64,000 nucleotides of DNA from Endomicrobiia bacterium (GTDB taxonomy: Bacteria > Elusimicrobiota > Endomicrobiia > DTEH01): contig JBCNUU010000003.1 in NCBI GenBank assembly GCA_039630545.1, positions 162,679-226,678 of the forward strand. The letters run 5' to 3'. Both the position numbers and the translations under genes were made by a program. Under the pieces are notes generated by a model. It did no database searches. It had not been told where the DNA came from and saw only the letters and a program-made list of their open reading frames with translations. Positions 49,045 to 59,190 of this stretch are shown one piece after another (the stretch's first letter is position 1; each line of letters begins with the position of its first letter).

Positions 49045-50231
49045 AGACAATAGAAGAGATTAATGAAAAAATAAAACAAGGCAAAGTTGTTGTTTTAACT
49101 GCTGATGAGATGATAGAGTTTGTGAAAGAAAAGGGATTAAAGGAGGCTGCCAGACAAGTTGATGTTGTAACAACAGGTACTTTTGGTCCTATGTGTTCTT
49201 CAGGTATGTATTTAAACTTAGGCCATACAAAACCAAGGATAAAAATTGGTGGCGGAAAATGTTATCTAAATGGAGTCCCCTGTTATGCTGGATTTGCAGC
49301 TGTAGATGTGATGTTAGGAGCCACAGCTTTACCTGATAGTGATTCAAGAAACAAAGATTACCCAGGCGAGTTCAGATATGGTGGTGGCTATGTAATTCAA
49401 GAATTTGTTGATGGTAAAGACATTGAACTTGTGGCTGAAGGTTACGGAACTGATTGTTATCCGAGAAAATATATAAAAACAAATATAAATATAAAAAAAG
49501 TAAATGAAGCAGTATTATTTAACATAAGAAACTGTTATCAAAATTACAATGTTGCTGTTAATCTTTCTGATAAACCTATATATACATATTTAGGAATGTT
49601 AAAACCCAATCTTGGCAACGCTAACTATTGCTCAGCTGGTCAGTTATCACCTTTGTTAAAAGATCCTTATTATAAAACCATAGGAATAGGCACAAAAATT
49701 TTTTTAGGAGGAGGTATTGGTTTTGTTGCATGGTGGGGAACGCAGCACAATCCAGATGTTCCTAGGACCGATTTAGGTATTCCTAAATTTCCAGCAGGCA
49801 CTATCGCAGTAATAGGTGATTTAAAACAAATGTCTTCCGAATTTTTAGTAGGCGTTTCAATTTTAGGTTATGGAGTTTCACTGGCTGTAGGGGTAGGAAT
49901 ACCTATTCCTGTATTAAATGAAGAAATAGCAAGATATACTGCAGTATCAGACGAGGAAATACTTGCACCTGTGGTGGATTATAGCAAGGATTATCCTGAA
50001 ATTACAGGCAAACCACCGATATGCTTTGTATCTTACAAGGAACTTCGTTCGGGAGAAATAGAAATTCAAGGAAAAAAAGTACCCACAGGTTCTCTTTCCA
50101 GTTATGCTAAAGCTAAGAAAATAGCTACAATTTTAAAAAATTGGATAAAGAATGGTAAGTTTTATCTTACTAAACCAGTAGCAAAACTGCCCTCTGTTGG
50201 AGAAGGTATAAAATATAAATTTCTTACTTAA
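49041..50231 (+). CDS. DUF39 homocysteine biosynthesis protein (L-aspartate semialdehyde sulfurtransferase, MA1821 family)
   Basis: KTIEEINEKI..G..VV.TA.E, VDVVTTGTFGPMCSSG, RNCYQNY, YTYLG, AGQLSPL..DP, GTQHNP, GDLKQMS. Confidence 0.9.
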   Translation: MKTIEEINEKIKQGKVVVLTADEMIEFVKEKGLKEAARQVDVVTTGTFGPMCSSGMYLNLGHTKPRIKIGGGKCYLNGVPCYAGFAAVDVMLGATALPDSDSRNKDYPGEFRYGGGYVIQEFVDGKDIELVAEGYGTDCYPRKYIKTNINIKKVNEAVLFNIRNCYQNYNVAVNLSDKPIYTYLGMLKPNLGNANYCSAGQLSPLLKDPYYKTIGIGTKIFLGGGIGFVAWWGTQHNPDVPRTDLGIPKFPAGTIAVIGDLKQMSSEFLVGVSILGYGVSLAVGVGIPIPVLNEEIARYTAVSDEEILAPVVDYSKDYPEITGKPPICFVSYKELRSGEIEIQGKKVPTGSLSSYAKAKKIATILKNWIKNGKFYLTKPVAKLPSVGEGIKYKFLT

Positions 50232-50261
50232 TTTCCTTTATAATAATACTTCCCTTTCTAT

Positions 50262-53200
50262 ATGAAAAGAGATCAGACACAGATATTTGTACTTGATGCT
50301 TCTGCAGGAACTGGCAAGACATATAGTTTAGCAGAAAGATATCTTAGGTTGATATTTGAGTCTTTTTCATATAAAGGTACACCTTCAATTAATGAAATAA
50401 TAGCGATTACCTTTACAAATAAAGCATGTTTTGAAATGAAACAAAGGATTTTAGAGATGCTTAAGAAGATTGCTCTGGATAAGTTTGAGAAAATAGAAGA
50501 AAAAAATGATATTATCTTTAAACTTAACTTTCAAAATTTAAATGTTCTTAAAAGACAAGCTGAAACAATAATTGAAGAAATACTCAAAAATTATCACTTC
50601 TTTCAAATTTATACTATTGATAGCTTTATACACACATTAGCTAAAGCTTATGCGTTTCATTTAAGAATATCTCCAAATTTTAAAGTTGAAACTAGCCTAG
50701 CTGAATATTTGGATTACAGTGTAGATTATATGATAGATAAGGCTTCTGAAAGTAAAAAAATTAAACAACTGTTAAAAGAATTTCTTAAGACCTATCTTTT
50801 AGTAGAACATAAAAGAAGTTTTAATCCTAAAACTCATATATTTAAAATTATAAGAGTTTTATATGAGTATTCCAGTAATTATTCTTCTGGTTTTAAAAAG
50901 TTTGAAACTTTTAGAAATTTTTTTGGTGATTCTAAAAACTTGATAAAAAATATAAGAAGATTTTATGAAAAAATACCAAAAGAGAAAATTAATAAAAATT
51001 TTATAAATGGTATAGAAAAATTTTTAGAAGAACATAAAACTTCTTCCGTAATAAAGTTTGAAAACCTCTCTAAATGGCTTTTAAGAGAAGAAATTCCTAT
51101 AAACAAAGGACATAATATTTCAAATAGTTTTAATAATGAATGGAAAAAAATAAAAAAGTCACTTTCTGAGTTGTGTACCGTTTATGCCAGAGGAGTTTAT
51201 AATAACTACATTGAGATTTATAATCTGGTTAATGAAATTTTAGATAATATTGCCCAAAAACAAGATATTATCTTTTTAGAGGATCTTAATAAAAAAATTA
51301 GTTATATTCTTTCTTTTGAAGAGTTTATTCCAGAGTTATTTATTAGACTTTCTACTACAATTAAACATTTTTTGATAGACGAATTTCAGGATACAAGTGT
51401 TCTCCAATGGGAAAATCTTGTTCCTATAATTTCTCAAGTATTAGCATCTAATGGGACTTTGTTTTATGTGGGGGACAAAAAACAATCTATTTACAGATTT
51501 AGAGGCGGAGAAGCAGTGTTGTTTGATAGGGTTAAAGATTATTTTGGGCCATTTAAGATACAGATTGATTCTTTAAATAAAAACAGAAGAAGTAAAAAAG
51601 AAATAGTTGAATTTAATAATTTTATTTTCTCAAAAGAAAATCTTGAAAAATTTTGTAGAGAAATAAAAATAGATGACACTGGTCTTGTTAGGAAAATTTT
51701 AGAGGTTTATTCCAATACTCAACAGGAACCCTTAATGAAGGCAGGAGGTTTTGTTTATGGAGAGTTGATAGAAGAAGATAATTATGAGGAATTAGTTAGA
51801 CAGAAGTTATTAAAAATAATAAAAGATTTCCAACAGAAAAACTATAATATCTCAGATATAGCCATTCTTGTAAGAAAAACCGATGAGGCAGCTGTGGTTT
51901 CAGAATGGTTGTTAGAAGAAAGAATTTCTGTTGAGTCAGAAAAAACTTTGAATGTTAAGGATAATTATATAATAAAAGAAATAATCTCTCTTTTGAAATT
52001 TTTGAATTTTCACTTTGATAATATTTCTTTTGTATCCTTTTTGTTAGGAAAAATTTTTATACATTCATCTAAAATTACTTTAGAGGAGATTCAAAATTTT
52101 GTTTTAAAAGTTTCAAGATTAGAAAATGTTGTTTTTTGCGAAGAATTTAAAAAAGAATATCCACAGCTCTGGGATAAGTTTTTTTCGTATCTTTTTGAAG
52201 TTTCAGGATTTCTTTCTGTCTATAATTTACTTTTAAAAATTTATAGTGTGTTTGATTTAAAAACAAATCCTGAATTTGTAAGAAATTATGCATTTTTTGT
52301 ACACCTTTTGAATCTTGCTAAAAAAGCTGAAGAGAAAAATGGTTCGTTAAATTTTTTTCTTAATTTTATAGAAAATTTAAAAGAAGAAGATCTGCATATA
52401 AATGCCAAAGCAGAAAAATCTGTAAAAGTTCTAACCATTCATAAAGCAAAAGGACTTGAGTTTAAAGTTGTAATTATTCCATTTCTAGAAATAGAAATAG
52501 AAGTTGGTAGACACAAAGGTGTCTCTTCTCGGTTTTTAGTTGTAAAAGAAAAAAATTCAGTTAGTTTAATAAAATCCAACAAAAAACTTGCTGAACTTTC
52601 AGAGGAAGTTTCTAAGTTTTATAATGAGGAGTATGTGAATTTATTGATAGATGAACTTAATGTTCTTTATGTAGCTTTAACTCGTGCAAAAGACCAACTT
52701 TATTTTTTTGTTCCGCAAAAAAATTCAAATCTTGCAGTTTCATTATTCCCGTGGCAGGATGTTATCATTAAAATAGGTTCTCTTTCTTTTCCAGAAGAAG
52801 ATGTTGTAAAACCTTTAGCTGTGATAAAATTTCAGCCATCTGAATACAGGAACTGGCAAGAAATATTGATAGAGGAAAGAATTACAAAAGAAGAAATTTT
52901 GAATAAACAAAAAATTATAGATGGTAAAATACTACATACAATTCTTTCATTTGTTGGCAGTTTATATGATAAAGATGTAGAATATGAAATAGAGACAGCT
53001 ATTAAAAAGACAAAAAGATTTTTTAATATTAAAAACGAAGAACTTCAAGTTTATAAACAGAAAGTTTTAAATTTAATTCAAAAAGAAGATGTTAAGAAAC
53101 TATTCTTTGTTGAAAAAGAAGATTTAGTTTTTTGTGAACAAGATATAATATCTAAAGACGGAGAAGTATACCGTCCCGATAGACTAATAATAAAAGAAAA

Positions 53201-53360
53201 AGAAATAAATATTGTAGACTATAAACTTTCCTCAAAAGAAAAAATTCAGGAATATAAATCTCAGCTTGAAAAATATGCTGCACTTGTTGAGAGTATTTGT
53301 AAGAAACCTACGAAAAAATATATACTTTTTTTAGATACTTTAGATCTTTTGGAAATATAG
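50262..53360 (+). CDS. addA: AddA-like UvrD helicase-nuclease
   Basis: ASAGTGKT, ITFTNKA, IDEFQDTS, VGDKKQSIYRFRG, TIHKAKGLEF, YVALTRA, C-terminal RPDR..IVDYK. Confidence 0.88.
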   Translation: MKRDQTQIFVLDASAGTGKTYSLAERYLRLIFESFSYKGTPSINEIIAITFTNKACFEMKQRILEMLKKIALDKFEKIEEKNDIIFKLNFQNLNVLKRQAETIIEEILKNYHFFQIYTIDSFIHTLAKAYAFHLRISPNFKVETSLAEYLDYSVDYMIDKASESKKIKQLLKEFLKTYLLVEHKRSFNPKTHIFKIIRVLYEYSSNYSSGFKKFETFRNFFGDSKNLIKNIRRFYEKIPKEKINKNFINGIEKFLEEHKTSSVIKFENLSKWLLREEIPINKGHNISNSFNNEWKKIKKSLSELCTVYARGVYNNYIEIYNLVNEILDNIAQKQDIIFLEDLNKKISYILSFEEFIPELFIRLSTTIKHFLIDEFQDTSVLQWENLVPIISQVLASNGTLFYVGDKKQSIYRFRGGEAVLFDRVKDYFGPFKIQIDSLNKNRRSKKEIVEFNNFIFSKENLEKFCREIKIDDTGLVRKILEVYSNTQQEPLMKAGGFVYGELIEEDNYEELVRQKLLKIIKDFQQKNYNISDIAILVRKTDEAAVVSEWLLEERISVESEKTLNVKDNYIIKEIISLLKFLNFHFDNISFVSFLLGKIFIHSSKITLEEIQNFVLKVSRLENVVFCEEFKKEYPQLWDKFFSYLFEVSGFLSVYNLLLKIYSVFDLKTNPEFVRNYAFFVHLLNLAKKAEEKNGSLNFFLNFIENLKEEDLHINAKAEKSVKVLTIHKAKGLEFKVVIIPFLEIEIEVGRHKGVSSRFLVVKEKNSVSLIKSNKKLAELSEEVSKFYNEEYVNLLIDELNVLYVALTRAKDQLYFFVPQKNSNLAVSLFPWQDVIIKIGSLSFPEEDVVKPLAVIKFQPSEYRNWQEILIEERITKEEILNKQKIIDGKILHTILSFVGSLYDKDVEYEIETAIKKTKRFFNIKNEELQVYKQKVLNLIQKEDVKKLFFVEKEDLVFCEQDIISKDGEVYRPDRLIIKEKEINIVDYKLSSKEKIQEYKSQLEKYAALVESICKKPTKKYILFLDTLDLLEI

Positions 53361-53363
53361 CAC

Positions 53364-56189
53364 ATGAAAAATTTGGAGTATTACACTTTTAATCTTGCTG
53401 AAGATATTTTAGATAAAATTTTAGAGTACATCACTGCAAGATTTAAAATTGAAGAATTTAGAAAATTATGTATAATTTTTGGTGGAAAAAGGCCTGGGGT
53501 AGTTTTTAGAAAACTTCTTGCTGAAAAAATAAAACAAGATTTCTTCTCACCGAGTATCTTTTCAGTAGATGAGTTTGTTGTATATTCTGCTTCTAAATTT
53601 AAAGAAATAAATTTTGTATATGAATTAGACGCTGTATATTTGCTATATGAAATAGTATATAGAAATATTCCTTTTTTAAGAAAAAAATTTAAAAATTTTT
53701 TTGAATTCTTAGGATGGGGTTATGAAATTTTTAATTTCTTAGAAGAGCTAACTTTAGAAGATATACCTGATGACAAGCTTTTAAATATTCAAAAAGAGGC
53801 AGAAATTGGATTTAATGTACCACCTACAATAAACGAGTTACTTAAGGAAATAGTGACAGTTAAACAAAAATTTTATGAAACTTTAGAAAACAAAAATCTT
53901 TCAACAAGAGGGATGCTATATAAGTTGGTGTCTCAAAATCAAGAATTGCAATTTGAAGAGTTCCACAAAATCATATTTGTAACTCCGTTCTATTTACATA
54001 ATACAGAGTATAAGTTTATAAGAAATCTTATAGATAAAAACAAAATTATAATTTTTTTCCAAGGAGACCAAAAAGATTGGAAACAATTAGAAAACTTATC
54101 TAAAAAATTAGGGATAAAAATAACTCCACCAGAAAAAGAAAATCAACTACCTGAAATGTATTTCTATTCTACTGTTGATGTTGAATCAGAAGTATTATGT
54201 GCTCATGAAATATTAAAAGGAGTTTCTGAAAATGATTTAAATGAAGTTCTTGTAGTAGTTCCTGATGATAACACTGGAATTTCTCTTATTAATTATCTGC
54301 CTTTAAATGTAAAGGAGTTTAATTTTGTATGTGGATATCCTGTAAAAAGAAGTGTTTTTTATAGTCTTTTAGAATCAATATTTAATGCCCAAATTACAAA
54401 AAAAGGAACTAAATATCATACTAAAAGTTATCTGAGTGTTATTACCAATAAATTGATTAGAAACTTAAATTTATCGGATTATCCTAACACTACAGCTGGA
54501 ATTGTAGAAACTATAGAAGCAATTATCGCAGGAAAAATAGAAGATGAAACCATAACCGGGAGTAGTTTTATAAAAATAACAGATATTCTTAAAAGCAAGG
54601 TTTTATATGAAAATTTATATGAAAATTTTTCTAAAAAAAACATCATAATTTCAAAAAAAGCTCTTAGGGGACAGCTTAAAACAATTCATGATTTGTTATT
54701 TTATCAATGGGAAGAAATAACCTCTTTTAAAGATTTTTGTATAAAGTTGGAGAAGTTATTAAATTATATATTGAAATTTAGTTTAGCTACAAATTATTCT
54801 TTTAACCTAGAAGTAATGGATAAACTTTTTAATCTAGTAGAGTTACTAAAAAATATTTCCTTTAGGGATTTAGTATTTTCTAAAGAAGAAATTTTTAAAA
54901 TTTTTTTAAATGAACTGGAAAACATCAGGATTTCTTTTTCTGGTTCTCCTGTAAAAGGATTGCAAATATTAGGATTTTATGAAACAAGAAATTTATCTTT
55001 TAAGAAAGTTATAATTTTAGATGTTAATGAAGGCGTGTTGCCTTATCTCAAAGTAACATCCTCTTTAGTGCCTGCAGAAATATTAATAAAGCTAGGAATA
55101 AACAGAGTAGAGATAGAAGAAGAGATCCAGAGATATCATTTTTTTAGACTGATCTATTCAGCAAAAGAAGTTCATCTGATATATATAGAATCTAAAGACA
55201 AAGAAAAAAGTAGATTTTTAGAACAAATTTTGTGGAATAAACAAAAGCAAACAAAACAATTAACTATTTCTAACATTTATCATGGAATCTATGAGATAGA
55301 AATTCTTTCAGGCAAACAAAAAATATCAAAAAATAGCCAAATCATAGAGATTCTTCTAAAAATGATTTATTCTCCAACAGCAGTTGATACTTATATACAC
55401 TGTCCCATGAAGTTTTATTTCAGATATGTATTAAACCTATCTGAAGACGACATCTTAGAAGAACCAGAAGGCAAACAAATAGGTAAATTTGTTCATGAAT
55501 TTTTGCAGGCTATATTTAAGAAGTATGTTAAAAGAAAGCCTGTTATTGATGAAGTTTTTATAAAAGATGCTTTAGATTTTTTAGAAGAAAGTTTTAATAA
55601 GAAACTTAAAAAAAGTTTTAAAACTGATTCCCTTCTTATAGAAGAAGTAATGAAGTTTGTCTTGCGAGAATTTTTATTATTTGAGAAAGAAAGACTTTCG
55701 ACACAGAAAGTAAAAGAAATAATTTCCCTGGAGAGTAATTTTCAGAAAGTTTTTCATCTGAATGATAATAAATTTTGTTTTTCTTGCAGAATAGATAGGA
55801 TAGATAAGCTTGAAGATGACACCCTTTTAGTTATTGACTACAAGACAGGTAATATCATGGTAATGAAAAAAGATCTCCAGTTGAATACTTCTTTGTCTAG
55901 GGAAGTGATAAAAAAACAAATAAAATCCTTGCAACTTCCTTTATATGTTGAAGTGGTAAAAGAAAAATTTCAAACTGACAATATAAATGCAATGTTTTAT
56001 GATGTAAAAAATCTTGAATATAAACTTCTATTTGATGAAAAAACTGACAAAGATAAAGTTCTAATAATAACAAATAAAGCACTAAAATACATTCTTGAAG
56101 AAATCATAAATCCACATGTTCCTTTTGTCGCTGATGATACAGATACCAATCTGTGTTCAAACTGTAATTTTTATCTTTTGTGTAGATAA
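53364..56189 (+). CDS. addB: AddB-like PD-(D/E)XK nuclease with Fe-S staple
   Basis: GLQILGFYETRNL, NEG.LP, YIHCPMKF, RIDRID, IDYKTG, SLQLPLY, terminal CxxCxxxxxC. Confidence 0.85.
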   Translation: MKNLEYYTFNLAEDILDKILEYITARFKIEEFRKLCIIFGGKRPGVVFRKLLAEKIKQDFFSPSIFSVDEFVVYSASKFKEINFVYELDAVYLLYEIVYRNIPFLRKKFKNFFEFLGWGYEIFNFLEELTLEDIPDDKLLNIQKEAEIGFNVPPTINELLKEIVTVKQKFYETLENKNLSTRGMLYKLVSQNQELQFEEFHKIIFVTPFYLHNTEYKFIRNLIDKNKIIIFFQGDQKDWKQLENLSKKLGIKITPPEKENQLPEMYFYSTVDVESEVLCAHEILKGVSENDLNEVLVVVPDDNTGISLINYLPLNVKEFNFVCGYPVKRSVFYSLLESIFNAQITKKGTKYHTKSYLSVITNKLIRNLNLSDYPNTTAGIVETIEAIIAGKIEDETITGSSFIKITDILKSKVLYENLYENFSKKNIIISKKALRGQLKTIHDLLFYQWEEITSFKDFCIKLEKLLNYILKFSLATNYSFNLEVMDKLFNLVELLKNISFRDLVFSKEEIFKIFLNELENIRISFSGSPVKGLQILGFYETRNLSFKKVIILDVNEGVLPYLKVTSSLVPAEILIKLGINRVEIEEEIQRYHFFRLIYSAKEVHLIYIESKDKEKSRFLEQILWNKQKQTKQLTISNIYHGIYEIEILSGKQKISKNSQIIEILLKMIYSPTAVDTYIHCPMKFYFRYVLNLSEDDILEEPEGKQIGKFVHEFLQAIFKKYVKRKPVIDEVFIKDALDFLEESFNKKLKKSFKTDSLLIEEVMKFVLREFLLFEKERLSTQKVKEIISLESNFQKVFHLNDNKFCFSCRIDRIDKLEDDTLLVIDYKTGNIMVMKKDLQLNTSLSREVIKKQIKSLQLPLYVEVVKEKFQTDNINAMFYDVKNLEYKLLFDEKTDKDKVLIITNKALKYILEEIINPHVPFVADDTDTNLCSNCNFYLLCR

Positions 56190-56392
56190 ATTTATTCATA
56201 TCTTAATGATTTTATAATATTAAGCTTTCCAGCTTTTTACACTGGCTTATAAGCAAAAATTTAATCTCTCAATAACAACTTGTATTTTTCAACTCTTTTT
56301 ATTTGAGGGCTGTTTTGTTTGACAGCAAAGATATAATTTCTTTTAGTTTAAAACTGTTTGAAAATAAAACTGGTGTTTGGTACAAAACCACC

Positions 56393-57079
56393 TCATGGAT
56401 GGGAAGGGAATGGGTTTTTATGATGTTTAGGATGTTTTTCACACGGAGGACAGCATCTATCATTGAATTTATTTTTCCATTTTTTCATTTTTTCAGGTTT
56501 TCCTGAAATTATAAAGTTTATTTTTCTAAATTTTTCTTTTTCTTCTAACAATCTTCTATGCTCCTCCTTGGTCATAACCTCATCACTCCAGATTTCTTTT
56601 TCTACTTTAAGAAGTTGATTGTGAGTTTCTTTTAGCAGTTTAGCATCCTCTTGTGAAATTTTTCCCTTTTTTAATAAGTTTTCTATTCTTTCGTTAAACC
56701 GCTTTTCTTTATCTTGTAATGATAAGTGTTCATCATCAAAATGTTTTTCTGCTTTTTCTAACACATTTTTGATTTTTTGCCTTAGATTTCTTTCTTTTTT
56801 AAGCAGATTTTCTTTTTCTTCTTTTGTAAGTTTGTCGTCTTGCCACACTTGCTTTTTATATTCTTTTACTTCTTCTATGCTTCTTAATATATCTTTTTCT
56901 TCCTCTTCTGTGATTACACCTTCTTCTTTTAGCATTTTTATTTTACCTTCAATAAATTCAATCCTTTTTGACGGATGGGGTATTTGTTCTGGTTTATCTT
57001 TTGCAGGTAAGGATTCGTCAAATGCAAAAGCAATTGAACATAAAAATAAAATCATGAGTGTCTTTATTGAATTTTTCAT
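56393..57079 (-). CDS. Secreted charged helical two-repeat protein with His/Cys-rich tail
   Basis: Signal peptide ending AFA; two repeats (G.I..E...W.D..[LM]TKEE); tail DRCCPPCEKHPKHHKNPFPSHP; SD GGAGG. Confidence 0.7.
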   Translation of the reverse strand: MKNSIKTLMILFLCSIAFAFDESLPAKDKPEQIPHPSKRIEFIEGKIKMLKEEGVITEEEEKDILRSIEEVKEYKKQVWQDDKLTKEEKENLLKKERNLRQKIKNVLEKAEKHFDDEHLSLQDKEKRFNERIENLLKKGKISQEDAKLLKETHNQLLKVEKEIWSDEVMTKEEHRRLLEEKEKFRKINFIISGKPEKMKKWKNKFNDRCCPPCEKHPKHHKNPFPSHP

Positions 57080-57093
57080 GGTTTTACCTCCTT

Positions 57094-57510
57094 TTATTTA
57101 GGTCTAAATACAGTATAATACTCAAACATGACTAAATCTATTGTTTCTTGTGGATAAAGTTCATATGTAAAAGTTTGTTTTTTGCTTTGGTATAATTTTG
57201 TCAAAAAAATAGAAACTGTAATAAAGATCACTCCCAGAGCAGGCACTAAATATCTAAAGTATTTTGCAGGTAATAATAAAACAGGTTTAATTTGTGTTTG
57301 CTTTAGTTTATTTAAAAGTTTTGCTTCAAAATGGGGTGATGTTTCTAAAGTTGTAGGTTGTAAAATGGTTTGTATTTTAGAAAAAAATTCAAAATCTTCC
57401 CTACACTTATTACATACACTTAAGTGGTTTAATATGATGTCTTTTTGGTTTTGAGATAATTCATTGTCAAAGTATTTAGATATCAAAATTTTGTATTTTT
57501 TACACTTCAT
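57094..57510 (-). CDS. Zinc-finger (zf-HC2/ZAS) membrane anti-sigma factor
   Basis: C...ISKYFDNEL...HLSVCNKC (HxxxCxxC); single TM; short C-terminus. Confidence 0.85.
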   Translation of the reverse strand: MKCKKYKILISKYFDNELSQNQKDIILNHLSVCNKCREDFEFFSKIQTILQPTTLETSPHFEAKLLNKLKQTQIKPVLLLPAKYFRYLVPALGVIFITVSIFLTKLYQSKKQTFTYELYPQETIDLVMFEYYTVFRPK

Positions 57511-57548
57511 AAATTTGCTTTCTTTAGTTAGGTGTTTTCTTTATATTA

Positions 57549-57577
57549 TTAGACACCAAAAAATTAAAAAACTTGCG
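57549..57577 (-). promoter_or_regulatory. Candidate ECF-type promoter CGCAAG-N17-GTCTAA
   Basis: On minus strand between era stop and anti-sigma start; -10 resembles sigmaE/AlgU-type GTCTAA. Confidence 0.4.
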
Positions 57578-57579
57578 GG

Positions 57580-58521
57580 TTAAAATCCCAGTTGCGATAT
57601 AAAATCAGTTTTTTTTGTCCATTTTTCTTTAAGTTTAACATTAAGGGAAAGAAATACAGGTTTGTTTAGTAATTTTTCTATTTCTATTCTGGCTTGAGTT
57701 CCAATTTGTTTAAGTTTTTTTCCGTTTTCTCCTATTATTATTGCTTTGTGATTTTCTTTTTCCACTATTACATAGGCTTCAATTACAATTTTGTTTTTAT
57801 CCACATCTCCTGGTTTTATTTCTTCAACTATTACAGCAGTAGATTTTGGTATTTCTTGATATACATTCTGGAAAATTTTTTCTCTTATTATTTCGCTTAT
57901 TTGAAGTTTTAGTGGTAAGTTAAAAGCTTCTTCGTCTTCAAAAATTTTGGGTTGTTCAGGAAGATATTCAATAATTTTTTGTAGCAATACATCTATATTG
58001 GAATTGTTTAAAGCACTTACTGGAATAATTTCTTTAAAAAAACTAAATTCTTCTTTTATAGTTTTTATTTTTTCTTCTATTAAATCAGAATTTTTAATAA
58101 GATCTATTTTGTTTAATACACAAAACATATTTATATTATTTAATTCAACTTTATTTTCTTTTAATATTTCTTTTAGTTTTTGCATAATTTCACGGTCTGT
58201 TTCTATAAAACCCTCTTTTGCATTTACAAGAAAAATTATTAAATCAGCGTCTAAAATTGAGTTATAAGCATATCCATACATTCTTTTTTCCAACTCGTTT
58301 TTAGGTTTATAGATACCAGGAGTATCAAAAAATATTATCTGAGCATCAGGGAAGTTTTTAACTCCAGCAATTGAGAATCTTGTGGTTCCTGCAATGGGTG
58401 AAACAATTGCTATTTTTTTGCCTAAAATAGTATTTAACAAAGTAGACTTTCCAACATTTGGTTTTCCTATAATTGTAACATATCCAGCTTTAAAGTTTGT
58501 ATTAGGGTTATTTTTAGTCAT
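57580..58521 (-). CDS. era: GTPase Era
   Basis: GKPNVGKSTL, TTR, DTPG, NKID, SA; KH domain EIIREK..IIG..G..LK.IG..AR. Confidence 0.96.
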   Translation of the reverse strand: MTKNNPNTNFKAGYVTIIGKPNVGKSTLLNTILGKKIAIVSPIAGTTRFSIAGVKNFPDAQIIFFDTPGIYKPKNELEKRMYGYAYNSILDADLIIFLVNAKEGFIETDREIMQKLKEILKENKVELNNINMFCVLNKIDLIKNSDLIEEKIKTIKEEFSFFKEIIPVSALNNSNIDVLLQKIIEYLPEQPKIFEDEEAFNLPLKLQISEIIREKIFQNVYQEIPKSTAVIVEEIKPGDVDKNKIVIEAYVIVEKENHKAIIIGENGKKLKQIGTQARIEIEKLLNKPVFLSLNVKLKEKWTKKTDFISQLGF

Positions 58522-59134
58522 GTTCTTTTAGCTTTTTTATAATATATTTTTTAATATTTTGTCTTGCACGAAATAGCAGTGATTCTACAGAAGAAATTGA
58601 GGTTTTTAGAATTTTAGCAATTTCTTTATAAGACATTTTTTGATAAATTGCAAGATGAAAAGCTAATTTTTGTTTTTTAGAAAGAGTTTCAAGAGATTCT
58701 TCTAAAATAGATTTAAATTTATTTTCTTCTTCCTTCTTTATTATTATATCTTCTAAATTATCACTTTTTTGAGTAAGTGGATTATCTTCTATGTTTTTCT
58801 CTTCTAATGAAATAACATTTTTCTTTTGTGATTTTAAAAAATTTATTGATAGATTTACAGCTATTCTGAAAAGATATGTTTTTGGTGATGATTTTTGTTT
58901 AAATGAATTTATATTTTTATAAAACTTTATAAAGACATCTAATACAATTTCTTCGGCATCTTGTGGAGAACCTTTTGGTTTTATATAGTTATATACAAAT
59001 TCAAGTAAATTATTTTTATATATATCTACAAATATTCTAAAAGCTTTTTCTTTTTCCTCTTGAAGAGCAGAGTTATCTAAAAGGATTTTTATAGCTTTTT
59101 CTTCAATGTCGGATTGTTGATATTCTTTCATCAT
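58514..59134 (-). CDS. ECF RNA polymerase sigma factor
   Basis: DAEEIVLDVFIK, TYLFRIAVNLSIN, SYKEIAKIL.TS.SSVESLLFRAR. Confidence 0.9.
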   Translation of the reverse strand: MMKEYQQSDIEEKAIKILLDNSALQEEKEKAFRIFVDIYKNNLLEFVYNYIKPKGSPQDAEEIVLDVFIKFYKNINSFKQKSSPKTYLFRIAVNLSINFLKSQKKNVISLEEKNIEDNPLTQKSDNLEDIIIKKEEENKFKSILEESLETLSKKQKLAFHLAIYQKMSYKEIAKILKTSISSVESLLFRARQNIKKYIIKKLKEHD

Positions 59135-59190
59135 TTATTTAAAATTTATTAAATGTGTTTAAAAAATTCAACAAAGCAATTCTTTAATTA

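Noticed and set aside
50262..56189. Helicase-nuclease pair as a novel defence system or Cas4-linked module
   Set aside because: Motifs and tandem layout match housekeeping AddAB; no cas genes or arrays nearby
56190..56392. Second ECF promoter (GCTGTCAAA on minus strand), a terminator hairpin (GGTG..TTTG-TAC-CAAA-CACC) or a small gene
   Set aside because: No matching -35 element, the hairpin is bulged and weak, and reading frames are short with no recognisable motif
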